The notes below the pieces were generated by a model. That model was not told the DNA's origin, searched no databases, and was given only the letters and a program-made list of their open reading frames with translations. From NCBI GenBank assembly GCA_039194325.1, contig JBCCWC010000006.1:64001-128000 (forward strand): a stretch of DNA of 64,000 bases, written 5' to 3'. The stretch's first letter is position 1. Every line of letters begins with the position of its first letter. The position numbers and the translations under genes are program-made. This DNA is from Myxococcota bacterium. Lineage in GTDB: Bacteria; Myxococcota_A; Polyangia; Nannocystales; Nannocystaceae. Below, in pieces: positions 29,384 through 39,423 of the stretch.

Positions 29384-30061
29384 GGGCGGCGTGGGCAGCT
29401 CGGTGTTCGGCGTCTTGCCCTTCATGCGGTGCCCGACGAAGTCGTCGACGGTACCCAGCTTCAAGTAGGGGTTGTCGCGCAGCTGCTCGTCGAGGGTCGA
29501 GGTGGGAGTGTCGCCGTAGTCGTGCCCGGGGTACATGGTGGTGTTGCCGGGCAGCTTGCTCGTAAGCGTGCGCAGGGTTTGGAACATCGTCGGCGGATCG
29601 CCCCCCACGAAGTCGCAGCGCCCGCATCCGTTGACGAACAGGGTGTCGCCGGTGACGATGGCGTCACGCACCCGGTAGCTGGTGGAGCCGGGCGTGTGCC
29701 CGGGGGTGTGCATCATCGTCACCTCGACGTGCTCGCCGATCCGTACCACGTCGCCGGCCGAGGAGGGCCGGAGGTTCTCGCACGAGAACCCCGAGAAGTC
29801 GATCTCCTCGCGTAGCATGTGGACCGGTACGTCGACGGTGCCCAGCATAGCCTGCACTTGGTCGACGTGGTCGAAGTGGCTGTGGGTGCACAGGATCGCG
29901 GTGATCCGTACGTCGAGGCGCTCGGCCTCGCGCAGGATCGTGGCCGCATCCCAAGCCGGGTCAACGACCGCACACGTGCGGGAGGCTCGATCCCCGATGA
30001 AGGTGATGAAGTTGTCCCAGGGACCTAGCGCCAGCTGGTGTACGAATAGTCCTTCGCTCAT
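29360..30061 (-). CDS. MBL-fold metallohydrolase (glyoxalase II/ETHE1-like)
   Basis: THSHFDH, HTPGHTPG, TGDTLF...CGRCD and YPGHDY. Confidence 0.9.
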   Translation of the reverse strand: MSEGLFVHQLALGPWDNFITFIGDRASRTCAVVDPAWDAATILREAERLDVRITAILCTHSHFDHVDQVQAMLGTVDVPVHMLREEIDFSGFSCENLRPSSAGDVVRIGEHVEVTMMHTPGHTPGSTSYRVRDAIVTGDTLFVNGCGRCDFVGGDPPTMFQTLRTLTSKLPGNTTMYPGHDYGDTPTSTLDEQLRDNPYLKLGTVDDFVGHRMKGKTPNTELPTPPAWSPPSS

Positions 30062-30073
30062 CGTGCCCGTCCC

Positions 30074-31528
30074 CTATGCCCGACTGGATGCCCGACTGGA
30101 TGCCCGACTGGATGCCCGGTCTGGTCGTGGATGCGTCGGGCCACGCCGACGCCGACCGCGGCCCAGCCCGAGCACCATCAGCCATAGCGCAACCGCGCCG
30201 AAGCCACCAGATGACTGGGTACATCCGCAGCCAGCCGCCTCATCGTCGTCATTCGCCCCCGGACCAACGCTTCCGCTGGTACCCAGCCCCGAGCCCGTGC
30301 TGCCCTCGCCCGGCGAGGTTGTGCCCCCGCTGTCGTCGAGTCCCTCGCCCTCGACCGGCCGACACTCACCCGCCAGGCACTGCTCACCCTCGGGGCACGG
30401 CGAGTCCTCATCGACCATGCCGTCGCAATCGTCGTCGAAGAAATTGCACTCTTCTTGGCGAGGCTCCCCCGGCGTGCAGCCGGCGGGCTCGCAGTTGACC
30501 GACTCACGTCGGCACCAGCCCTCGCCGCACTGGGGCCGCACCCGCTCGTCCACGTCGACGTCGCAATCGTCGTCGTAGCCGTTGCAGACCTCCTCGGCCC
30601 CCGGGTAGATGTTGGGATCCTCGGGGCGACAATCACCGGGCTCGGCCGCGTAACCCGAGATCCCCACGCAGCCCACCATCATGTCGCCGCTGTTGAATTC
30701 GTCGAACCCGTAGAACCCGTCGCCGTCCCCGTCGGGGTAGAGCTCGACCGGAATTGCGTCTTCGTCGACCTCGTTGTCGCAATCGTCGTCGATCTGGTTG
30801 CAGAACTCCGGCGCCCCCGGGTAGGTGTCGGCCCGGTTGTCGTCACAGTCGTCGGGCTCGGCCGCGTAGCCCATGGGCGGCGTGCCCTGGCAGTGCACCA
30901 GCGGCATGGACGTACGCCCGTAGCCGTCACCGTCGAAGTCACGCCAGAAGGTCTGCGCGTTGCAGCCGAAGACGAAGTCGAACGCGCCCTCGTCGAAATC
31001 GTCACCCGACGTGCTGTTGTTGCCGTTGGCCGCCACGGCCCATAGCCCAAAGCGCACCGCGCCAGGGGAGCCGGGGGCCGTCCAGTCGAACGCGAATTGG
31101 GCCTGCCCACCATTCATGGACTTGGGCTGCGTGTGGGTGAGACCCGCCGGCACCTCGGCCAGGCCCTGACCTCCGAGGGTGGTGAACTGCCCCGCGTTGG
31201 ACTCGAGGAACAGACCCGCCTCGGCCGCGCCCGGGGCCCCGACCGAGACGGTCACTCTCACCGTCTGCCCCGGCGAGATCATGGCGGGCGTGGTGGTGAT
31301 CGACAGGTTCACGTCACCCGAGCCGTGACAGCCGCACCCATCGCTGGCCACCCCCCCGGAGTGCGCCGAAGCGGGCGTCGCCGCGGTCAGCACCGCGAGC
31401 GCCGAAGCCCAACCCAACGCCCGGCCCAAAGCCGAGGTCGGAGCCGAGGCCGGAGCCGAGCCCCAAGGCGAAACCCAACTCGAGACCCAACTCGAAACCA
31501 ATGACCTGTGACGAATGTGACGACGCAT
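30074..31528 (-). CDS. Secreted Reeler-like protein with metal-binding (MopE-like) Cys repeats and MYXO-CTERM
   Basis: Signal ending ASA-H, CGCH, FDWTAP, repeated D.DGDG.G and DCDD...YPGA.E.CN..DDDCD motifs. Tail GCGC, hydrophobic segment, RRRR. Confidence 0.82.
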   Translation of the reverse strand: MRRHIRHRSLVSSWVSSWVSPWGSAPASAPTSALGRALGWASALAVLTAATPASAHSGGVASDGCGCHGSGDVNLSITTTPAMISPGQTVRVTVSVGAPGAAEAGLFLESNAGQFTTLGGQGLAEVPAGLTHTQPKSMNGGQAQFAFDWTAPGSPGAVRFGLWAVAANGNNSTSGDDFDEGAFDFVFGCNAQTFWRDFDGDGYGRTSMPLVHCQGTPPMGYAAEPDDCDDNRADTYPGAPEFCNQIDDDCDNEVDEDAIPVELYPDGDGDGFYGFDEFNSGDMMVGCVGISGYAAEPGDCRPEDPNIYPGAEEVCNGYDDDCDVDVDERVRPQCGEGWCRRESVNCEPAGCTPGEPRQEECNFFDDDCDGMVDEDSPCPEGEQCLAGECRPVEGEGLDDSGGTTSPGEGSTGSGLGTSGSVGPGANDDDEAAGCGCTQSSGGFGAVALWLMVLGLGRGRRRRGPTHPRPDRASSRASSRASSRA

Positions 31529-31637
31529 GCGACCCCCGAAGACGCACCTGCTTCATAGCAGATCCCCGGGTGCGACTGCGACGCACGAGCGCCGGAGTGT
31601 TGCCGCGGTCACCCGCCGTACATCGACAACGTTGGGT

Positions 31638-32156
31638 TCAAGATGCGCGCGATCGATCCCCCTCCTGGGGCACGTACATTGCCTCGAACTGCTCCTTGGG
31701 CACGTGGTACTCGCCGTCGCCATCGACCTCTCGGACCAGGTAATCTCCTACGGCGATGCTCACCCGCACTCGCTCTCCCTTGCGCTCGGTCTGCAGCACG
31801 CAGGGCTCGAGCGCGATCCGGGCCATGGTGACGGTGGTCTTGCGATAGGTCCCCAGCACCTCGGCGTTGCTGTAGGTCGCCAAGAAGTCGTCGAGCCCCA
31901 CGCCGTAGACCTCTGCTCCCGCGCCGTCGGCCCGTGGTGCCTCGAGGCGTAGGTGAGGACGATCGAAGGTCTGGACGCCCTGACCCCAGCTCACCGGATA
32001 CTCGCCCGGACCACAGATCAAGGTCGCCCGCACGAGTTGCCGCTTGAGGTAGGGCGCGTGGGTGGCCACCACGACACGATGCACGATGCGATCGACCGTC
32101 GCAACCGCCCACCCCACCGCGCGCGCGGATCGATCGAAGCGACCCCTTCGAGACAA
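31638..32156 (-). CDS. Hypothetical protein (C-terminus resembles PGDYG-type proteins)
   Basis: High-GC3 frame ending VGDYLVRE..G.Y.V.KEQFEAMY. Start uncertain. Confidence 0.55.
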   Translation of the reverse strand: MSRRGRFDRSARAVGWAVATVDRIVHRVVVATHAPYLKRQLVRATLICGPGEYPVSWGQGVQTFDRPHLRLEAPRADGAGAEVYGVGLDDFLATYSNAEVLGTYRKTTVTMARIALEPCVLQTERKGERVRVSIAVGDYLVREVDGDGEYHVPKEQFEAMYVPQEGDRSRAS

Positions 32157-32219
32157 CGCCTCCCAGAGCGAGCCGGCGGGCCAGCACGCTCCGACGACAC
32201 CGGGTACCGAGCCGCCCCG

Positions 32220-33332
<1,113 letters not shown>

Positions 33333-33555
33333 ACGACGGTGGATCCCTTGGCTAGAGATGAAAGCGAGCGAGCGAGGAGACGATACCGTCGAAGGCGGCG
33401 TCCCACCAGCGAGGGCGCGATTTGGGCCGGACGTGGCCGACCGGTCTCGTCGAGCACCCCAGTGCTCACCGTCCGGTGTCCGTCGAGCACTCGCGCTGGG
33501 TGCTAGCGCTGGGTGCTAGAGCCGGGTGCTAGAGCCGGGTGCTAGAGTAGGACGG

Positions 33556-34218
33556 GTGGACGACTCCGATCGCGATCTGCTGGAGCGCTGGCACAACGGC
33601 GACCGAAACGCAGGCAACGAGCTGGTGCGGCGCCGGTTCGGCGAGATCACGTGGTTCTTCCGCAACAAGGTCTGCAACGAGTCCGACGTGCCCGATCTGG
33701 TCAGCCAGACCTTCCTCGGCTGCCTCCAGGCGGCCGAGGGGTTCCGGGGCGAGACCTCCGTGCGGCGGTTCCTCTACCGGGTCGCCAACAACGTGCTCTA
33801 CTCCTACATCCGCAAGAAGAGCAAGCGAGCGCGTGAGCAGCTCGACTACACCGCGGTGTGCATCCACGAGCTCGACCCGCGCTCGCCCTCCTCCATCATG
33901 ATGCGCCGCCGCGAGGGCCAGGCCTTCGTCCAGTCGCTGCGCAAGATCCCCGTGGGCGACCAGGTGGTGCTCGAGCTCAAGTTCTTCGACGGCCTGAGCG
34001 GCCGTGAGATCGGCGAGGTCCTCGGGATCCCCGAGGGCACGGTGCGCGGCCGCCTGCAACGAGGCCTGGCTCGCTTGCGCGACGAGGTCCAGGCGCAGCT
34101 CGAGGGCCTCCACCGAGAGCACGGCGGCGACGAGGTACACACGGTAACGGTCGACGACCTCGAGGTCTGGGCGCAGGAGGTTCGGGAGCGCCGCCGGGAG
34201 GAGCTGGAGGCCGATTAG
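33556..34218 (+). CDS. ECF sigma-70 family factor
   Basis: Region 2 DLVSQTFL...FRG...FLYRVANN. Region 4 GLSGREIGEVLGIPEGTVRGRL. Short C-terminal extension. Confidence 0.9.
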   Translation: MDDSDRDLLERWHNGDRNAGNELVRRRFGEITWFFRNKVCNESDVPDLVSQTFLGCLQAAEGFRGETSVRRFLYRVANNVLYSYIRKKSKRAREQLDYTAVCIHELDPRSPSSIMMRRREGQAFVQSLRKIPVGDQVVLELKFFDGLSGREIGEVLGIPEGTVRGRLQRGLARLRDEVQAQLEGLHREHGGDEVHTVTVDDLEVWAQEVRERRREELEAD

Positions 34219-34224
34219 GGCTCT

Positions 34225-35319
34225 TTACGGGTCTGCTTGCGCCTCCGCGTCTGCCTCCGCGTCTGCCTCCGCGTCTGCCTGAGCCCGTAGCGATCCGATG
34301 GCCTGCATGATCTCCTCGGAATCGGGCAGGTCCTTTCCCTCGCGGTCCAGCCTGCGTAGCCAGCGTAGCGCGGGCTCTATCCGGCCAAAGATCCGCCAGG
34401 GAACCTTCATGGGCATCATCAACTCGATGCCGCGAAACATGCCCCGCAGCGCCATGGCCCACAGCCCCGAGCCCGAGGACACGATCGCGATCCCGTCGAT
34501 GACGTCGTGCAGCTCGCGAACCAGCACGGAGGCCCGCGCTCGGGTCTCCGAGGGCGCCAGCGGGGTGCCCGGCGCCACGAACATCAAGAGCACCACGGAG
34601 TTGCCGATCTCACGCACCAGCATCGCCACGTCGCCTTGCATGCGATCCACGTCGTCGACGCTCGCCGACTCGCTCCAGTAGCTCACGTGGATCGGCCCGC
34701 ACGCGGTGGTCCACGGCCCCCCTCCCCCTCCCTCGGACGAGTCGTCGATGCCAAGATCGATGATCTTTTGGGGCTTGGTGGGCGCAAAGGCCCGCAGGGA
34801 GGGCGACGCCGGGCTCACGAAGTGAGCCCCCAACACGACGTCTTCGATCTGCTGCGCCCGGTCCTTGGCCCGCTCGCGCAGCCAGGGCTGCTGGCCTTCG
34901 AGCTCGCTGAGCCAGGTCATCGCCTCCCCGACCTCTCCGAAGGTTCGGGTCTCCACCTTCTGCGCGGTCAGCCCGGTGAACGCGGCGAGGAACGCTCGAA
35001 TGCCCGCGGCCCAGAACCCTTCGCCCATCACGACGTAGGCCTGGGCGAAGTAGTGGGGCAGCATCTGCTCGTAGAGCAGGCGCCCGTCACGACGCAGCTC
35101 CTCGCTGATGCCCGACTTGGCCTCGAGCGAGAAGATGTTGACCACGCACAGCGGGGTGATCCCGTTGCGGACCAGTCGCTCCTGGAGAGCGCGGACCTTC
35201 TGCACGTGCTCGAGGCCGGCCCCGGTGCGCCACGAGAGCACCAGTAGGCCGTGCAAGTGCGCCGCGACCATCATCTCGTCGGCATACGCGATCGTCCAGC
35301 TTCCAAGAGAGTCGTCCAC
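34225..35319 (-). CDS. Hypothetical protein with two tandem STAS/SEC14-like alpha-beta modules
   Basis: Two similar halves: V.GEGFWAAGIRAFL...F.EV.EAM.WL and V.SGSGLWAMALRGMF...F..IEPALRWL. Confidence 0.65.
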   Translation of the reverse strand: MDDSLGSWTIAYADEMMVAAHLHGLLVLSWRTGAGLEHVQKVRALQERLVRNGITPLCVVNIFSLEAKSGISEELRRDGRLLYEQMLPHYFAQAYVVMGEGFWAAGIRAFLAAFTGLTAQKVETRTFGEVGEAMTWLSELEGQQPWLRERAKDRAQQIEDVVLGAHFVSPASPSLRAFAPTKPQKIIDLGIDDSSEGGGGGPWTTACGPIHVSYWSESASVDDVDRMQGDVAMLVREIGNSVVLLMFVAPGTPLAPSETRARASVLVRELHDVIDGIAIVSSGSGLWAMALRGMFRGIELMMPMKVPWRIFGRIEPALRWLRRLDREGKDLPDSEEIMQAIGSLRAQADAEADAEADAEAQADP

Positions 35320-35439
35320 CGTGTCCCCCGACGCGCCCCGGGTCCGCGCCCCGGGTCCCGCGCCCCGGCCCCCGCGCCCCGCGGAAGAGTAGCGCAGTCC
35401 TCGGGAGCGCGTGGCTTGGGGCAGATGGAGAACACATGG

Positions 35440-35949
35440 TCAGCGTTCGATCGGCGGGCCCTTCTTGGCCAGGTTCGTCAGCGCTTCGTCCGTCAGCCGG
35501 TAGGTGGTCCATTCGCCCATCGCCTTGGCCCCCAAGCTCTCGTAGAACCGCTGCGCGGTTGTGTTCCAGTCGAGCACCCACCACTCGAGCCTCGCGCATC
35601 CCCGCTCCTCGGCCAACCGGGCGAGCGCCGCGAGCAGTGCGCCACCCACCCCAGCCCCACGATGCGCCGGCGACACATAAAGATCCTCCAGGTGCAGACC
35701 CGAGCGCCCACGCCAGGTGGAATAGTTGGAGAAGAACAGGGCGAACCCCCGGGCGCTTCGAGCCTCCGCCTCCACCTCCTCGGCCAGCAAACACTCGAAG
35801 GGAGGCCGTGACTGCGCCATCTGCTCGCGAAGCTGGGCGGGCGTGACCTTCACCGCGTCGGGCTCACGCTCGTACTCGGCCAGCTCGCAGATGAAGCGAT
35901 GAAGCGTTGACGCGTCGTCGGGGGTGGCAAAGCGGATCTGCAGCGGCAC
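35440..35949 (-). CDS. GNAT N-acetyltransferase (SSAT/diamine acetyltransferase-like)
   Basis: ELAEYE, YSTWRG, LEDLYV...RGAGVG and WVLDWN..A..FY. Confidence 0.92.
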   Translation of the reverse strand: MPLQIRFATPDDASTLHRFICELAEYEREPDAVKVTPAQLREQMAQSRPPFECLLAEEVEAEARSARGFALFFSNYSTWRGRSGLHLEDLYVSPAHRGAGVGGALLAALARLAEERGCARLEWWVLDWNTTAQRFYESLGAKAMGEWTTYRLTDEALTNLAKKGPPIER

Positions 35950-36035
35950 GACGCGGGAGCATAGGCACGTGACGCTCGTGGCCTCAACACGGGGCGGCGG
36001 ACCCGGACGTCGGGTGCACCCAGTGCTCATCAGCC

Positions 36036-36086
36036 GGGGATCGTTATAGGGGATCGTTATAGGGGATCGTTATAGGGGATCGTTAT
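36036..36086. repeat. 13-bp tandem repeat GGGGATCGTTATA x4
   Basis: Directly visible. Lies in the divergent promoter region between the GNAT and MBL-lipoprotein genes. Confidence 0.95.
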
Positions 36087-36264
36087 GATGGTTTGATCGA
36101 CCCATGCGCACCCGGGGCGCGGATCGAAGCGCGTGTTCGAGCATGACTGGTCATCATGCCGGGCATGTCTCAATGTCTATGGCTGTCATGTTCTCCACCT
36201 CGTAGCTTGAGGCCATCCATGGCCCCGAGGGGTCGTGGCCGAGCGTCCGAGGTTGGAGAGTTCG

Positions 36265-38379
36265 ATGAACGCACACGGCAAGATCCTCAAATCCCTGCTC
36301 CCCTTTGCTTTTTGTCTGGCGGCCGGTCCCGCCGCTTGTACTAACGACACCGGTGAAGACTCCGGTGGCGCGACAGGCACACAGGGCGATACCGACCCCA
36401 CCGGCGACAACCCCACCGAGGGCGACAGCGACCCTGACTCCACCGGGAGCGACAGCGCCGACACCGGTGACACCGACGACACCGCGGCCGATTGCGTGCC
36501 CGAGACCGAGCCGACCCTGATCGATCGCGACACTGGGGCCACGGTGGAGGTGTACGACCGCTGCGGGATCACGGTGCACTCCTATGTCGCGACCCCCGAC
36601 GTCGCCGGCAACGGCCTGCAGATCATCGAGACGGCCGACGCCCTGGTGCTGATCGACGCCCAGTTCGTGCCCACGGTCTCGCAAGACTACCGGGCCTACG
36701 CCGACTCGTTGGGCAAGCCCATCGAGCGCATCATCATCACCCACGAACATCGCGATCACTGGGTCGGGCTGGGCGCGGCGTTCACCGACGTGGATGCCTA
36801 CTCCTCGGCCGGAGTGCTGGCGATCCTCGAAGGCGGCGGGCTGCCGCTGTGGCAGAGCTTCCAGCCCACCCCCGGCTCGGCGCTCTCGCCCGGGTTCATG
36901 GTGCCCACCCTGGAGATTCAGCCCGGCACCGAGGTGATCGACGGCGTGACCTTCGAATACTCCGTGTACGTCGACAACGAGGCCGAGGAGGCCCTGGTCA
37001 TCCATCTGCCCGAGTACGGTGTGCTCGCGGTGGGCGACATCGTCTACAACGGCTACCACGGGATCATGGCGGGCGACGACGTGTTCAGCGGCTGGTCCGA
37101 CGCGCTTGCCTCGCTGCAGGAGCTCTCCAACGTCGAGATGGTGCTGCCGGGGCACGGCGCGCCCGGCAACGCTTCGGTGTTGGCCGACATGGCCGGGTAC
37201 ATCGAGGCCGCCAGCAACGCCTTCGCGACCGCCAGCGGGCCCGAGGACTATCGCGCCCAGATGGAGTCCCTATACCCCGAGCGCCTCGGCGGCGATCAGT
37301 TCTTCGGGATCACGCTGGGTCGGCTCTTCCCGCCGCCCCAAGAGCGCGCCGGCGCACAGACGGCCAACGAGATGGTCACGGTGGGCGAGCAGCCCGAGTA
37401 CCTCGAGCCGGCTCCGAGCGACGGGTTTGCCTCGAAGAATTGCGCCTACTTCGATCTGGCGCCAGGCGATGATTACCTCGGGCTCGATCCGAACGAGGCC
37501 CAGCACGAGGTGTGCCTGCTCAACACCTACACGAGCCTCAAGCATCGGATCATCACCACGGTCGTGGACCCGGCCGACCAGGATCTCTACGACCGGCACC
37601 GGGCCTATATCGATCGCTTCACCGTCTTTGTGGACGGCCAGCCGCTGTCGGAGATCTACGATCTTACGTGCAACGGCGGTGACTGCCAGTCGCTGTTCGC
37701 GTCGGATCCGGTCACGCGTACGCCGATCTTCGAGAACATCGCCCAGCTCTTCGCCGGTGACTCCGAGGTCACGATGCAGCTTTTCGGGGGAGGGTTCGTC
37801 AACATCTCGTTCTTCGCTCCCCGGGCCGGGCCCAGCTCGCTGATCCCCCATCAGCTCGTCTCCGCTCAGCTACCGCGCTTTGGCCAGCCCGACGAGATGG
37901 TCGGCTACGACGCTAGCGCCGATCCGATCCGGATCCCCGAGATCGAGTATCCCCGCGGGCAGCCGGTGATCAACGACAACGCCTTCGGGCTGAGCTGCGA
38001 GACGGCCGAGGGGGCCCAGCACGAGGCCCAGCGCTACCTCGTTCGCTACCGCGAGGCCCAGGCCACTCGGGTCCAGCCCAACGAGTACCCGCGGGTGCTC
38101 GGGCTGCTCAACGCCGAGTACAACACCAGCGGCGAGTCCAGCCAGGGGTACTTCAGCGTGCACGTACTGTGGTCGCCGATCCCCGAGGTCGACCCGGGGG
38201 CGGATCCCACCACCTACCTCCACGAGCGGATCGTGATCCCCAAGCAGCAAGACTGCATCGTGTCGGGCATCGACCCCATCGAGACGGTTGCCCCCGCCGA
38301 GGCCGAGGCCGCGCTGGCCGACAGCGAGAGCCTGACCGCCTGGCTCGAGGCCCAGGAGGCCGAGGTCGCGCCCAGCTGA
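36265..38379 (+). CDS. Lipoprotein with an MBL-fold domain and an unrecognised C-terminal domain
   Basis: GGAG RBS, signal ending PAAC, Asp/Thr linker, LID, THEHRDH, GDIVYN and PGHG, then about 340 further aa. Confidence 0.82.
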   Translation: MNAHGKILKSLLPFAFCLAAGPAACTNDTGEDSGGATGTQGDTDPTGDNPTEGDSDPDSTGSDSADTGDTDDTAADCVPETEPTLIDRDTGATVEVYDRCGITVHSYVATPDVAGNGLQIIETADALVLIDAQFVPTVSQDYRAYADSLGKPIERIIITHEHRDHWVGLGAAFTDVDAYSSAGVLAILEGGGLPLWQSFQPTPGSALSPGFMVPTLEIQPGTEVIDGVTFEYSVYVDNEAEEALVIHLPEYGVLAVGDIVYNGYHGIMAGDDVFSGWSDALASLQELSNVEMVLPGHGAPGNASVLADMAGYIEAASNAFATASGPEDYRAQMESLYPERLGGDQFFGITLGRLFPPPQERAGAQTANEMVTVGEQPEYLEPAPSDGFASKNCAYFDLAPGDDYLGLDPNEAQHEVCLLNTYTSLKHRIITTVVDPADQDLYDRHRAYIDRFTVFVDGQPLSEIYDLTCNGGDCQSLFASDPVTRTPIFENIAQLFAGDSEVTMQLFGGGFVNISFFAPRAGPSSLIPHQLVSAQLPRFGQPDEMVGYDASADPIRIPEIEYPRGQPVINDNAFGLSCETAEGAQHEAQRYLVRYREAQATRVQPNEYPRVLGLLNAEYNTSGESSQGYFSVHVLWSPIPEVDPGADPTTYLHERIVIPKQQDCIVSGIDPIETVAPAEAEAALADSESLTAWLEAQEAEVAPS

Positions 38380-38709
38380 CCGCCAGCGGCAACGCCAGCT
38401 GACCACCAGCTGAATCACGAAGACATCGCATCACCGACCATCACCGACCATCACCAACCACTCCGCCCCACCGTTCATCGACGGTGGGGCGTTTTCGTGG
38501 TGGCGACGAAGTCATCGCTCTGCGTCGGCTCCCTGGCCGCTTCCTCCTGCACCATGCAACACCCGAGCAGGTTCGGTTCACCACCCCGCACCCGCGCAAT
38601 CTCACATCTTGCATGCCTCGGCCGCAGCCGGAACACGCGTTAGCGGCAGGCGAGCGCTCTACACTCGATCGGGTGACGAGCGGCACCGGGCCGTGGTAGG
38701 TCGCGCCCG

Positions 38710-39294
38710 ATGCGAACCACCCCCGCACTTTTCCTCTCGCTCTCTTTGTTCGCCCTTGGCCCTGCGTGTGACAGCAAGGACGCCAAGAAGGACGCCGCCG
38801 CCACCAAGAAGGACGCCAAGAAGGACGACGCCGCCGCCAAGAAGGACGCCGCCGCCGCCAAGAAGGACGACGCCGCTGCCAAGAAGGACGACGCCGCCGC
38901 CAAGAAGGCCGACGCGGGCCCCGCCGAGATCAGCCTCCCGAAGGTCGGGCTCAAGGCCGACGCTCCTGGGGGCACCAAGGTCTCCGATATGATGGGCAAC
39001 GACATGGTCCAGGGCCCCAACCTGGTCGCCACGGTCGAGAAGGGTGACGACAAGCCCAAGACCGGCGAAGAGGCCCAGAAGGAGGCCGACATGTACACGC
39101 CCCTGGATCCCAAGGTTGAGAAGCTCGAAGACGGCTACGTGCTGACCTTCACCAACAAGGGTGCAGCGGGCACCAACTAATGGGTGCAGGCGCGACGCGA
39201 GATCGATGGCGCCGCCTTCTGGTGCTCCACCACCGCGTCCTCGCAGGAGCAGCTGGACGCCGCGGTGGCCTTCTGCAAGAGCCTCCGCAAGTAG
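38710..39294 (+). pseudogene. Lipoprotein with KKDDAAA repeats, interrupted by an in-frame TAA (39178-39180)
   Basis: Lipobox LGPAC. The frame continues after TAA for 37 high-GC3 codons (WVQARREIDGAAFWCSTT...FCKSLRK) to TAG at 39294. May be a sequencing error. Confidence 0.7.
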
Positions 39295-39423
39295 AGCAGC
39301 GCGCGTTCGTCCACGGTCTGCGCGAGGCGATGGATCGCCTCGCGTGGCCGTCGGTCGTTTACGCCGGAGCCCGCGCACGTCATTGCTTCGGTCATCATCG
39401 CCTCGACCATACGATCGGGCTTT

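Noticed and set aside
39178..39180. Selenocysteine or pyrrolysine recoding
   Set aside because: The stop is TAA, not TGA or TAG.
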